Part shown: positions 35,641-47,746 of the stretch, piece by piece
Position numbering within the stretch: the first letter of the stretch is position 1
How the letters are laid out: each line of letters opens with the position of its first letter
Assembly (NCBI RefSeq): GCF_018350175.1
Contig: NC_058368.1
Location: 233,804,001-233,868,000 of the forward strand
Origin: Felis catus
Lineage: Eukaryota
Length of the DNA stretch: 64,000 nucleotides
Direction of reading: 5' to 3'
The notes under the pieces: generated by a model
Databases searched by the model: none
What the model was told of the DNA's origin: nothing
What the model saw: only the letters and a program-made list of their open reading frames with translations
Made by a program: the position numbers and the translations under genes

Positions 35641-37249
35641 CGGTGTGATTCATATTATATCCTTGACATTATTGTCTGTATTTCATTTGTTTTGCGGTTG
35701 TCTCTGGGATCACCGGCTACCTACACCTTGACCTTCTACTTGGGAGGTTGATATTATTTGAGAGGTTCTTCTGGACACTGCCGTGTGCCAATTTCAGAGG
35801 GAACCTTCTTCACGTGGCACTTTTTCATGGGCCTCACTTAATTCTGTAGGCAAGAGTCAGTATTTACTAACAGACAGGGTACACTTGGCCTTTCTTTCTG
35901 TCTACATGAGAGCCACTGTGATTTGTGGCTCAAAGCTGTCATGCCTGAGGGTCCTGCTCCAAGAGGCTGTGTCTGATCCGCTCACAAAAGCTGTTCCTGT
36001 CACCACTCCTGCCCCCTGCCCTTGTCTCTGGGCTTCTCCTCCTCGCCTTCTGCCAGATTGCTCACTCCAGTCGCCTGCAAGGAGTAGAGCCTGTGACATC
36101 TCCTGGTGGGTGCAGGTGGCAGAAGTGACAAATGGCTCCAAGGTTAGAAAAGCCTAGAAAGGCATTCTCTGCGTCACGGAGCGACTCAGGCTGCTGTGAA
36201 GCTAATGCGACATCCCAAAGATTTGGCCATTAGACTGTCTGCATTATCAGTGCTGTGAGGTTTCTCATCTTGTTGTTAGTTTTCTGGTACCTTTAAAGGT
36301 ATTTGGGGGGGGGGCAGTGGTGGCAGAGTTTACAGAGAGATGCTAGGTAGGTATGTATGAAACTCCAATTCAAAAATGTCAAGCACACCTTGGTATTCCA
36401 GTAAGACAAGATGCAGCCCTCTAGTGTGTGTGTGTGTGTGTTTTTTAATGTAGAATGTATTTCATTTCCTATGGCTAAGCCAAGGCAAGACACCTTCATT
36501 ATCAGCTGTCCCTATACCATGCAACAGTCATACAGGTTGGGGCGGTTTGTAATGAGGTCACTCTGGTCCTTCGAGAGCTAATCATCTTCAGTGGAGTAAG
36601 AGAAAGTCCTGCCCCAGCTTTTTGGAAAATACTGGTAATATAGGTCATGTTTGGCTAAGTGCTGGGTGGAAGTTTTGCGTCTTTGAAAGCAATCCTTTGG
36701 TGCACTGGTCAACCAAACCCAGAATTAGAAGCCGCACATCTTTAAATGTAGATGGCTTCGGGGCCATCTTCCAGCTCCTAAAAAAAAAATGCGCTGTCAG
36801 CTCCAAGAGGCCACTCTTTCCTGATGGATGATTCTTGGATCAGTTGCTGCCACTCGTGACTGAGCTGTGGTACCCTATCTCATTCTTCACCAGCAGGTGG
36901 ATTGAGTAGTTACGGGAATGATGAGCGGTCCTGTCCTGAGAGCACGTGGTGTCTATTCAGCGTTACTTAAATATAAGCTGTACAGCCCGGGTCCAAGTAA
37001 CACACGTTCATCAGCAGGGAGGGGAACTGGAAAATGTGGTCCCCGTTTGCCAGAGGAACTCTCATTGGCATATTTCCTCTCCAGCCCCGGCTTTCTGTCA
37101 CCTGCTTCTCTTTCGCACTCTGCATAGAAGATGAAGGTTCTAGGCCATAGATGTATGTATTGTGTTCCACCAGGGAGCACTAGATTAAGGCAGAAAGGGT
37201 ACAGGTGTTGGAGCAGAGTCCCAAGTTAATGCTTCACGCAGCCAACGTT

Positions 37250-37660
37250 GGTAGCCTGGGTTCTCTTAGGAATGGACTCCGACATGGAAGTTTGTGCGTA
37301 GGATTTTTATTAAGGGTCGTTTTGGGTATTGACATCTGTGAGAGGGGCAGGGAGGAGGCAGAACTGGTCAGAGGGAGAAGTTCGGCTGTGGTGTGGTCCT
37401 AAGAAGGTCCTTGGCAGACCCTGGGGGAGGCTGTAAAGATGGGGTGATTCTTCAGATCGCCCTGAGTCGGGCAGAGGGAGGCATGAATTTGCTCCCTCAA
37501 GGGATGTGGCTGCCCTTGCAAGGAGGCATTTTTTTCAGCCCAGGCAATCCCCAAAGAGGATTAACAATGGAGAGCTGTCTGCTTGGCAGTATGCCCAGGA
37601 GCTGGGGAAAGTCATTGCCAAAGAGGAGTCTGGATGGCATTAGGCAGCTGGGTCCACTAC
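37250..37660 (-). mobile_element. ERV-L solo LTR (LTR33-like)
   Basis: ggaagtttgtgcgtaggatttttattaaggg...ggaggcagaactgg.cagagggagaagt...tccactaca. Confidence 0.6.
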
Positions 37661-37875
37661 ACATGTGACCTTGGGAAGTTCTGTGCCTATTTGTGGCCTC
37701 CGTTTCGTTATTGCTACCGGATGATTATAATGCCTGTCTCACGGAAGGGTGGAAAGACGTCCCAAATGGCAGAATGACTGTGAAATGTTTAGCTCTGTAA
37801 GTGTAGAATTCTTCCCTGATACTGAAGCTGGAAAATGAAAGAGCAGACATCTTTGTTTAAAAAAGGCCCCATCTT

Positions 37876-38104
37876 GGGGCGCCTGGGTGGCGCAGTCGGT
37901 TAAGTGTCCGACTTCAGCCAGGTCACGATCTCGCGGTCCGTGAGTTCGAGCCCCGCGTCGGGCTCTGGGCTGATGGCTCAGAGCCTGGAGCCTGTTTCCG
38001 ATTCTGTGTCTCCCTCTCTCTCTGCCCCTCCTCCGTTCATGCTCTGTCTCTCTCTGTCCCAAAAATAAATAAATGTTGAAAAAAATAAATAAATAAAAAA
38101 AAAT
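37876..38104 (+). mobile_element. Young felid CAN-SINE
   Basis: TSD aaaaaaggccccatc. CpG-intact head. Confidence 0.97.
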
Positions 38105-38295
38105 AAAAAAGGCCCCATCCTGGTATAGATCCTACCAACTCTCTCCTTATAAGGACAGATTCTTAACTGTAAATGATTTCTCTGGCCACCAAAACCTTGT
38201 CATGAGTTGAAGTTCATTTTCCAGTAATATTTTCTGATCCCCTTTCCCTGGGGGTGGGGGGAGGGAGGGGTCGCTGCCTTTTATGTGAATTCCCT

Positions 38296-39205
38296 GTATT
38301 CGTTTCTTACAGCCGCTATACCAAATTACCACAGACTTGGTGGCTTAAAACAATACACACTTATTCTCTTAAAGTTCTGGAGGCTCTAGGGGAGAATCCA
38401 TTTCTGGCATTTTTTCTTTCTTTCTTCCTTCTTTCTTTTTCTTTCTTTCTTTCTTTTTTTTTTTAATTTTTTTTAACGTTTATTTATTTTTGAGAAGAGA
38501 GAGACAGAGCATGAACAGGGGAGGAGCAGAGAGAGAGGGAGACACAGAATCGGAAGCAAGCTCCAGGCTCTGGGCCATCAGCCCAGAGCCCGACGCGGGG
38601 CTCGAACTCACGGACCGTGAGATCGTGACCTGAGCTGAAGTCGGACGCTTAACCGACTGTGCCACCCAGGCGCCCCCTTTCTTTCTTTCTTAACATTAAT
38701 TTATTTTTGAGAGAGAAACACAGTGTGAGCGGGGGAGGAGCAGAGAGAGAGGGAGACACAGAATCTGAAGCAGGCTCCAGGCTCCGAGCTGTCAGCACAG
38801 AGCCCGACGCGGGACTCGAACCCACGAACTGTGAGATCATGACCTGAGCTGAAGTCGGATGCCTACCAATGAAGCCACCCAGGCTCAACCCATTTCTGGC
38901 ATTTTCTGTCTTACAGAGGCCGTTCTCATTCCCTGGCTCATGGCCCCACATCATCTGCCTTTCTTCCCTGGCTTCCAATGTCTCTACGTTGCTTTTTTCT
39001 CTTCTGTAGTCAAATATCTTTCTGCCTTCTTTTTACAAAGACATTTGTGATTGCCTTTCAGCCCACCTAGACAGCCCAGAATCATCTTCGTATCTCAAGA
39101 TCCTTGATCATACCTGCAAAAGCCAGTTTGCCATGGACGGTGACATTGACAGGACCCAGGGCTTGAGACCTGGATATGTTTGAGGCCATCATTCAGCCTT
39201 CCACG
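38296..39205 (-). mobile_element. MaLR solo LTR (MLT1D-like) split by two nested SINEs
   Basis: tgtattcgtttct...caaattaccacagacttggtggcttaaaacaa, resuming after 38905 and ending attcagccttccac. Confidence 0.85.
38414..38889 (-). mobile_element. CAN-SINE with a younger SINE (38456-38676) in its tail
   Basis: Outer TSD ccatttctggcatttt. Inner TSD ctttctttctttctt. Confidence 0.95.
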
Positions 39206-39670
39206 CACTCCTGGCTCTTTCTGTATTTTTTAAGACAGATGGCAAGTGGCCCCAATGGGTCTGCGGGCTCCAGGACGACAGGACAGCTCACCTGGGTGTT
39301 GCCTTCAGGGCAAGCAAATGTCACACACATAAGATGTTCCAAAGATGCAACATTTCATTCAAAGCTTGTTATCCCTTCTCCAAAGCAACGACTCATCATG
39401 AAGAGCTCTAGCAGACAAGGGCTCCAGTGTCCGAGAGGCTAAGACAAAAGGTGTTTTTTGCTTTTTGCAGCTGTAGGGCCACTGGCAGTCTTTCCCGGCA
39501 CTGGCCTGAAATCACGGCCAGGGACAACTGGATCATCAGTGACTTGGGGGCTTATTTGTATGGGGTTTGATCACTGAACCAGATTGAATCAGTGTGGATT
39601 TGCAGCATATTTTCGCTTACTCCTACTCTGTTTCCACTTATAATTTTACATGCCAGGAAACTAGTTTCTT

Positions 39671-39859
39671 AAAATTTTTTTTTAATGTTTATTTATTTTT
39701 GAGAGAGCGAGAGAGAGAGAGCATGAGTGGGGGAGGAGAAGAGAGAGGGAGACACAGAATCCGAAGCGGGCTCCAGGCTCTGAGCTGTCAGCACAGAGCC
39801 TGACAAGGGGCTCAAACTCACAAACCGTGAGATCATGACCTGAGCCATCCAGGCACCCC
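39671..39859 (-). mobile_element. CAN-SINE with an internal deletion in the head
   Basis: atgacctgagc joins directly to catccaggcacccc. Degenerate TSD gaaactagtttctt / gagactagcttcct. Confidence 0.93.
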
Positions 39860-42704
39860 ACGAGACTAGCTTCCTGCTTTGCCCAGCTTTAGTACAAAGT
39901 AGGATTTTAAAAAATAATAATAATTTAAAAAATTTAGGTTATTTCATTAGCCCTTCCTTAATTTAACATCTCAAGGATTGAAACAGTGACTTTCTCTTCT
40001 CTGATTTGGGGCCAGAATCCCTGACTTAGTGCTATCTACCCAGTGGACATTTGCTAAACAGTGAAAGACATAAATCAAGGAAAGCACGAAATATGTAAAA
40101 AAACCACAATTCTTTCAAAAAAGAAAAATCAAAATTAATTTGATAAAAGAATTTAGATCCTTCTGGAAACAGAAGCGGTTCTGAATATTGGTCTCGGGCC
40201 CAGGAAGTAGGCTCAAAGCCAACGCTCAGTTGCTCAGTTGACTGGTATAGCGAGGGCCACACCCATGGCTCCAGGGCTCAGTTGTGTTTTTTTCCTTCCA
40301 CCTGGGACTTCAGGGCTGTTGCATTTCTGCGTGCTTTAGGTCCGCGTGTTCCACTGTGACAAACCAAGTTGCCAAAAGAGAGGCCATTTGGTAACTTCCA
40401 ACATGGAAAGCAGAGTTTGCTCTTCTAACGGGGTCTTGGCAGAGGTGTGTTTTGACTGGGGCCTTGGGTCCAGGTCAGATTTGGATACTGAGCAGGGGGG
40501 CAAATGAGCAAAAGCCCAGGGGTGGAGGGGTGATGGGAGCACGGGGGCCTGATGAGGAAGGATCCCCCAGGAGAGACTCCTCTGATCGGAACAGACAGCT
40601 CAGGTCAGGGGCTCTGAAGAAAGGGGACTTCAGACCACAGACAGCATGGAGTTCTAGAATGAGGAATGTGGTTGCTGCTGAGGTTTGTTTGGCCCAGCTC
40701 CATTCCTCTGGAAGACCTCCCCATCCCCCGCCTGGGGGTCCAGCTGAAGGTTTGTCAGGCTCTGCTGTGAGGACCACCCGGAGGCCTGGAACCCCGGCTC
40801 ACGGTCAATTCAACCCGTCACCTTGACAAGGGTGCGTCATCCAGAGGGGTGAAGGACGTCGGCAGGGCAGTTAGAATTCTCCCATGGTTGCTCGACGGAT
40901 ACTGGAGGCGGAAAGCGCTTTTTCTGCTGGGCTTGCTAAGTCGGGAGCCGAATCTGGATCTGTAGCTGATGCGCCTGGGTATCGGGTGACTTTTCCATGA
41001 AGCCCTTGGCGCTCCAGCCTGGGCAGACCCGCAGGCCAGAGAGAGCAGATTTGCTTCTAACCCTGAGGGCCAGCTACTGCTGATTCCGCACCCTGTGCTC
41101 TGCCACACACAACTCCTCGTCGCCCATGACCGCAAGTATTGATCCGGCCAGCAGTTATTAAGTGCCTAGTGTCGATGAAGCACTGGGTCCCGCTCCCTGC
41201 TTAGGGTCTCATAGAGAAAGGAAACAGGTCACTTCTCTGAAGACATTTGCAGGCTGAGGAGGAAAGGCAGGACAAGCCTCTGGCCAGAAGCCAGAAGAAA
41301 CAAGGGGAAACACACAAACTCAGCTCTGCCAAGAGAGATTTCAGATGGTAAATGTGTCCGAGAGAATGGCTAATCGAACTGAATGCATTTTAATCAAACT
41401 GCATGCCACGGGTTACGGTCAATTTGAAAAAGAGTGTCCTTCGTTCTCCCAGGACGCAGGAGGTGAACTCAGCATCTGAGGCTAAAGGTAAAAAAAAGAA
41501 AAAAAAAAAAAAACATGGATTGGAAAGTGAAATTTAGTTCAGAGAATGAGGGGGCAGGAGGCAGAGAGGAAGACAGGAACAGACCGGGGATGACAGAGTT
41601 AATAGAATGTTAATGGGTTAAAGCTATATTTAATACTATATTCCGTACATTTAGCCTGAGCGTGAACGTACATCAGACAATTCACGCAAAGTCCTACAAA
41701 ATCAGTGGCAGCAAGAATTACGCAATTCCAACTCCTAGTTTCTCAGTCCCGTCCCCCGCCCCCTCCCCACCCGGCACCTGCCTTGATCTCCTCAGTCTTC
41801 CACCTCCCCCAGTGCTATCTGATTAACCCCCCAGGCAGAGAACCTCTGAAATAAGGTGCAACACTGCCGTGGGCCTGTTCTCCGTCCAGCTTTCAAAGAA
41901 GCACGTGAAGCCTGCAGGAAACCAGGCTCAGTAACTTTGAAGATGAGCCCACATGGTGCTTCGTAATGAGGCCATCGAGATTTATCAGCCCAATAATCTC
42001 AAGGTGCTTTTGCCCCATCAGCGGTAACTCATTCCAGGGCAACCCGAGTCCAGGGCGGGGCCACCCAGAGACCGCCAGCCGCAAAGGGGTTGGGAACCCT
42101 GCAGCCCAGCAGAGAGGGCGCGCACTGGGCTGTGAGCTCCCCTGCAGAAATGAAGAAAAATGGCTTCAAACAGTGAGCAAATTGCCTCTTGTTTCTCCCA
42201 CCAAAGAAAAGGCAATAAATCCCAAGACCTCATATTGGGCTTATAAGGGACAGAATGAAACACCACCAAGTCTCAGATTCAAACTAAATGTGAAACTTGC
42301 AGGGGAATGGGAGTCTGAAAAATATTCTCTATAGTAAAATAACACACACAAAAGAACCTTTTGTATGGAAAGACCTAGGATCGCAACCGGAGGCAGTGGA
42401 GGAAAGAGTAAAGAAAGCTTTTAAGACAAGTAGAAGCAGAAAACATTTTCCATTCTGGAAAATTGGAACAGAAATAAGCTACATGTTAAAGCTTTTACTT
42501 TTATGGACAATGTGCACGTAAACTAAACATGTGTACAATTATGGTGCTTTCTGCCACAAAAGTATAGTGACCTCAGCAAAGTAAAATACAGTTAAGAGAA
42601 TGAGGGGGCAGGAGGCAGTGAGGATTCAAATGGAATGATTTAAAATCCTATCCATTATAATGATTTAGTGGAAATGTTGCTTTATTTGCATATATTCCAA
42701 AAAC

Positions 42705-43119
42705 TTTTAATGTCTATTTATTTATTTTTATTATTATTATTTTTTGTATAAAATTTATTGTCCATTTGGTTTCCATACAACACCCAGTGCTCATCCCAAA
42801 AGTTGCCCCCCTCAGTACCCATCACCCACCCTCCCCTCACTCCCACCCCCCATCAACCCTCAGTTTGTTCTCAGTTTTTAAGAGTCTCTTATGCTTTGGC
42901 TCCCTCCCTCTCTAACTTCATTTATTTTTGAGAGAGAGAGAGATAGAGAGCAAGCAGGGGAGGAGCAGAGAGAGACACACGCACACACGGGATCCGAAGC
43001 AGGCTCCAGGCTCTGAGCTGTCGGTGCTGAGCCAGACACGGGGCTCAAACTCACGACCCGTGAGATCTTGGCCTGAGCCAAAGTCGGGTGCTGCACCCAC
43101 TGAGCCAGCCAGGCGCCCC
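42705..43119 (-). mobile_element. CAN-SINE whose tail is interrupted by a young L1 3'UTR fragment (42730-42919)
   Basis: The L1 3' end (aaatttattgtc...tggtttccatacaacacccagtgctcatccc) is flanked by TSD atttattttt. Confidence 0.92.
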
Positions 43120-44307
43120 AAATGTATTCTACATTTGCATGAACAGGAGTACTTCAGGAGAGTCAAGGGCAAGGTGATCACAAGTCATGTGTGTGCCTTT
43201 CACCCCTTGGAACAGGACCCCGCGTCCTTAGAGAAGAAATCCCCAAGTGCAGCTGGGGGGTGTTTCCAACCACGTGGGTCACAGTTGGTCTGGATGCTGA
43301 GGACCGGTTTTCGGCGCCCGTCCAGAGTAACACTGAAACCTGCACTCAGGACTCCATTTTCTTGGTGACTTTGTTCTTCAATTCTGCCCGTTTGATGCCC
43401 TGGTGGGAGACTCTGAACTGGAACTGAGTTCTGTGGGGGAAGGCCGGGTGCTGGCTCCCTGCCCGTAGGGGTTAGATGGTGACAGGTGACGCACGGACCT
43501 GTGGCCTGGAAATCCAGCTGTACTGCCGGGGTCTGCAGGTGGCTTCTGGGGCTTCCAGATGCTGCAGCAGCGGGAACAGGAGTGTTCCCGATTTGAGCGG
43601 AAACAGTGAAGTTCTTCAAGGGGCAGCAATGCAAACTATTCCTTGATTGACTCCAGAAGAGGACAGTGTGGTGCCCAGGAGGTGCCCCCGGGAGCCCCAC
43701 GAGGAGCTGCTTCCCCCGCCTCCCTGACGATTTTGTCAGCGCGCCCTTCCCTGTATTCCATCCCTTTGACTTAACCTCATCAGAGGGGGTAGTACTGTTG
43801 GCAACCAGATGCTAACCAGAGCACAAGCAGAGAGCTGGTCAGCAGTGACTTCCAGAAGACTGAAAGCTGTGTCATTCTTGGTGCACACGCGTACTTCTTT
43901 GCACAGAGAAGGCCGATCCAGAGAAACACGGGCCTTGTGTGAAGGCACCGGGGCACATTCATTCGTGCATCTGTGGCGAAACCTTAAGTAGTTATCATTA
44001 CAGCTGAATGAAGATGGGCATCTCCAGGCCTCTCCACGAATAGCTTGGTGGAAGACAGGCACACCAACCTTTCTTTAGAAGGCTCGCCACAGACTCAGCA
44101 GGTCCCCAGAGGGAGAAGTGCTCGTGTCGATGTGCTGACCTTGGGCGGGGGTCTTGGCAGATGACAAGAGGCTGGTTTAAAGATGCTGGGGTGTTTCTCC
44201 TAGAAGTTGTCTATGGAGCTGTCAACAGGAAGCTCTTCATAAATAAACTCATGGCCAATTTAATGCTTCCTGCTATGAGGGCTGCCCAAAGTCAGGAATG
44301 CCCTCTT

Positions 44308-44682
44308 TTTTTAATTTTCCTAATTTTTTTTTTAAAATTAAGTTTTTATTGATTTAGTTTTCTAAATGTTTATTTATTTGGAGAGAGAGCACCAGAGGGA
44401 CTCAGTCTGCACTCAGTGCAGAGCCCGATGTGGGGCTCGATCCCATGATCCGAGCTGAAATCAAGAGTAGGACGTTTAACTGATGGATCCACTGAGGTAC
44501 CCCTTAAATTTTTTACATTTATTTATTTATTTATTTAGAGAGAGACAGAGATGGGGGGAAGGGGCAGAGAGAGAGAGGGAGAATCTTAAGCCCACTCACA
44601 GTCCTGCCGCAGGACTCGATCCCACCACCCGAGCTAAAATCAAGAGTCGGATGCCCAACCGACTGAGCCATGCAGGTGCCCC
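44308..44682 (-). mobile_element. Two tandem/nested older CAN-SINEs
   Basis: Two heads (ending 44503 and 44682) lie inside one perfect 15-bp TSD caggaatgccctctt. Confidence 0.92.
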
Positions 44683-44905
44683 AGGAATGCCCTCTTGATA
44701 GAATGCACTTTCTAACTTCTAGGAAGCCAGAGTACTTTCGGTTACTTTTCCGCACAGGAGACTCGTTAATGATGGTGAGTGCAGCTAGCTGAAGCGGTCT
44801 CATGCAAATGGTTTAATGTAACTTTTTTTTTGGCATGGAGATGGATTTCAAAGCATACGGTACAGGCTGGAAAGCTGGTTTGTGCAAACACACCCCGAAT
44901 GCCCC

Positions 44906-45336
44906 TGTTAATCCCCTTCTTGAGAATGTGGCGATCCGGTCCTCCGTCTACACTCCCGTTAAGCAGAATGTGCAGAAGAACATGTTGTTGGGTGTTCAAG
45001 GCCAGGGGCTCCTGGGTGGGGGGGGGGGTGGGCAACGGGAGTGTCTCTTTAGTATCGAAGGCTGTCTGGGTGGCAGGACTTGATGTCCTTGGAACACTGG
45101 TCGCCCGAGGAGGGGAAGGGCCACTGAGAGCTCCCAGGCTAGCCTGCTGTGCTATAAAAGCTCCCTGCACCTGGATCCCAGCGGTGGAGGCTCTGTCCGG
45201 CCGGCGGCTCTTGGACTCTCTGTACCCAGTAAACGTGCGGCTCGATCGCTGTCTCCAGGTCTTTGCTCTGGCCTCACCGGACCATCACCCACCTTGGCTT
45301 GGAGCCTGCTGGGGGCAGCTGTACACAAAGGACACA
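44906..45336 (+). mobile_element. Probable solo LTR with U3-R-U5 layout
   Basis: TG start, TATAAAA at 45153, AGTAAA poly(A)-signal variant at 45228, CA end at about 45336. Family not identified. Confidence 0.55.
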
Positions 45337-45864
45337 GAAATTTTAAATATCTAGGGCTGTGCCAATAGCCTCATGTACTGTGAGATAGGGGAAGTGGCGG
45401 GGGGGGGGCGGGTGAAGGCACCAGGCTCCAGTTATGGTTCTGACTCTAATTAGACGTGTGGTCTTGGGACAGTTGTTCGCCTGTGTAGGTCTCGGTATTT
45501 CTACTTGTAACCTGTGTGATGTGCTAAAGCTACAAGACCCCTTTCACCTGTAAAGCTCTGAGATTTGTTACATGTATACATTTGAAAACGTTGGCTTTCT
45601 AAATATGCTTCTAAAAGTTTTGACCTCTTGGATGGGAAAAAACATAACCTCATCAGTATGGAAAAAATTGATCTTGTAGTAAAAAGCACGGTCTTTGGAG
45701 TCAGACCTGAGCTCAAAACCTAGCTCTTCGATGAACTGGCTATGTGACCTTGGGCAGGTTATGTCAATTCTTCAAGTCTTTTTAAACGAATCACGATCAT
45801 GATATCTTGTTGTGCTGGATAAATATAACGTGTATGGGCAGTATTGAAATTAATCAAGTTTATT

Positions 45865-46900
45865 AATGAGAAAACATCTTAAAGGAAGGGGAAATACAAG
45901 TTACACGTAGGGAGAGGAAATTTGCGACCAACAATTGACAAAGCTTAGTGCCAAAAATATATAAAGAAGCAAATCCATGGAAAAGGAAAGAAGAGGAGAG
46001 AAGAGGAGGGGAGGGGAGGGAGTGGAGAGGAGGGGAGGGGAGGAGAGGAGAGGACAGAAGAGAAAGAAGGAGGGAGGGAAGGATGGAAGGAAGGAACAAA
46101 GGAAGGAGGGAGGGAACGAGGGAAGGAAATCAACTGATCGAGGAAGAAACAGATGAAGAGAGGTTAAACATCATGAATGGCCAGGAAAATGCAAATCAAG
46201 ACCATAGTAGGATGCCATTTTACCTCCATTTGGTTGGCAATAATTTTAAAATCTGAAAATGCCAAGTGCTGAGGGGAATGTGGATCTATAAGATCTCTCA
46301 CCCACTGAGGGTGCAAGGTGTATCTTGGTGTAAATATTTTGGAAAATAGCACGGCATTATCCAAATATTCATATACCGGATATCCCAGCACACGCAATTC
46401 CATTGCCCACGGGAACACCAGGCACATGTACAAGACAGGACATGCATGAAAATGTCAACAGAAGAATGGACGGAGAAACTGTTCACAGTGGAACACATCA
46501 CAGTTCATGGAACAATTCATGCGTCAGAATGAATGAGCCACAGCTGCTTGCAACAATATCAAAGAATGTTCGCCACATGATATAGAATTAAAAAAAAAAA
46601 AAAAAAGGAAGGACCCAAAGGTTACACAAAGCATACCTTTTTGGGAAGAGGGAAAAAGGGAAAAAGAGCTAAAATTAAATATATAGAGAGAGACACATTG
46701 GGAATATGTAAAATAGCAATAAAACTACTATAAGGTAATCAAGGGGAGATTAAACACAGGATTCAGGGTGCGGTTATCCTGTGTGGGGAAAACTGGGGGG
46801 TCTGTGGATGTTAAATAAAGATTATAGGTAAAGTCTTAGCTTCTTTGGGGGGGATGTTGAATTGTGGGTGTTGATTGCATCGCTAAACTAACCAAATATA
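45865..46900 (+). mobile_element. Old L1 (L1ME-like) 3' region with a GA-rich microsatellite (45982-46130)
   Basis: caggaaaatgcaaatcaagacca...aatgccaagtgctg...aatgaatgagccacagctgc. Confidence 0.75.
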
Positions 46901-47471
46901 TGTTAATTAACCAGAGAAAAAAAGCAAACCATGTATGGCTAATGATGAGAGTGAGTCACGAGGCAAAAATTATGATTAATCCAATTCTTGCACCAAAAGA
47001 AGGAAATTCATACGTAGCCTTGTTCAGCCCCTGCTGCATGCATATCAGGTGCCTGACATCATTCTTAGTGAGTGAAGAACCCACCACAAAACCATGGCTG
47101 CTTTGGAAACATGCACAATTCTGCCAAACAAGTGAAGCTTAATTTTGTAGATGACTTCCTGTCTCTTTCACCGAAGTGTGTTTTTTCTCCATTCATATGA
47201 CTCCAGTTCACTAAGAACAGTTCTCAAGAGCTGCTGCCTAAGATACATGTTCTGAGTCTCTTCGTAAGGATTCTACACACGGCGCGTTGTTGAGACAATA
47301 AAGACCAGACACGGGCGCCTGCAGCTCGTTTTTGGATGAGGAAGAACCCTCCCTTAAAATCAGACCTGTGAGGAAACAAGTTGCAGATCAGAGCTAACTC
47401 CTTCTAGAGACTTGGATCACTATGTCCTTTTTTTAAAAAAAAAAATTAAGTTTTCGTTTTTGTTCCACTTT

Positions 47472-47571
47472 CTTTTTTTTCAAGTAGGCTCCACACCCAA
47501 TGTGGGGCTTGAACTCACAACTCCGAGATCAAGAATCCCATGTTCTATCGATTGAGCCGACCAGGCACCCC
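47472..47571 (-). mobile_element. Short CAN-SINE (no CT linker)
   Basis: caagtaggctccacacccaatgtggggcttgaactcac...ccaggcacccc. Confidence 0.9.
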
Positions 47572-47576
47572 GAGAC

Positions 47577-47746
47577 TTTATTTTTTTAGAGCAATTTTAG
47601 ATGCACAACAAAATTGAGAGGGAGACGCAGAGATTTCCCACCACCACCTCCTCGCCCAGAGCCTCTCTCGGTATCAACGTCCCTCACTAGGTCGGTGCCT
47701 ATTGTGCCAAAGATGAGCTACATTGACACGTCGTCATCCCCCCAAA
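47577..47746 (-). mobile_element. L1MC-like 3' end fragment
   Basis: tttttagagcaattttag.t.cacaacaaaattgag...agagatttccca...tacattgacacgtc. Confidence 0.75.

Noticed and set aside
44779..45354. 191-aa ORF
   Set aside because: Non-ATG start, and it runs through LTR-like and poly-G sequence with no recognisable homology.
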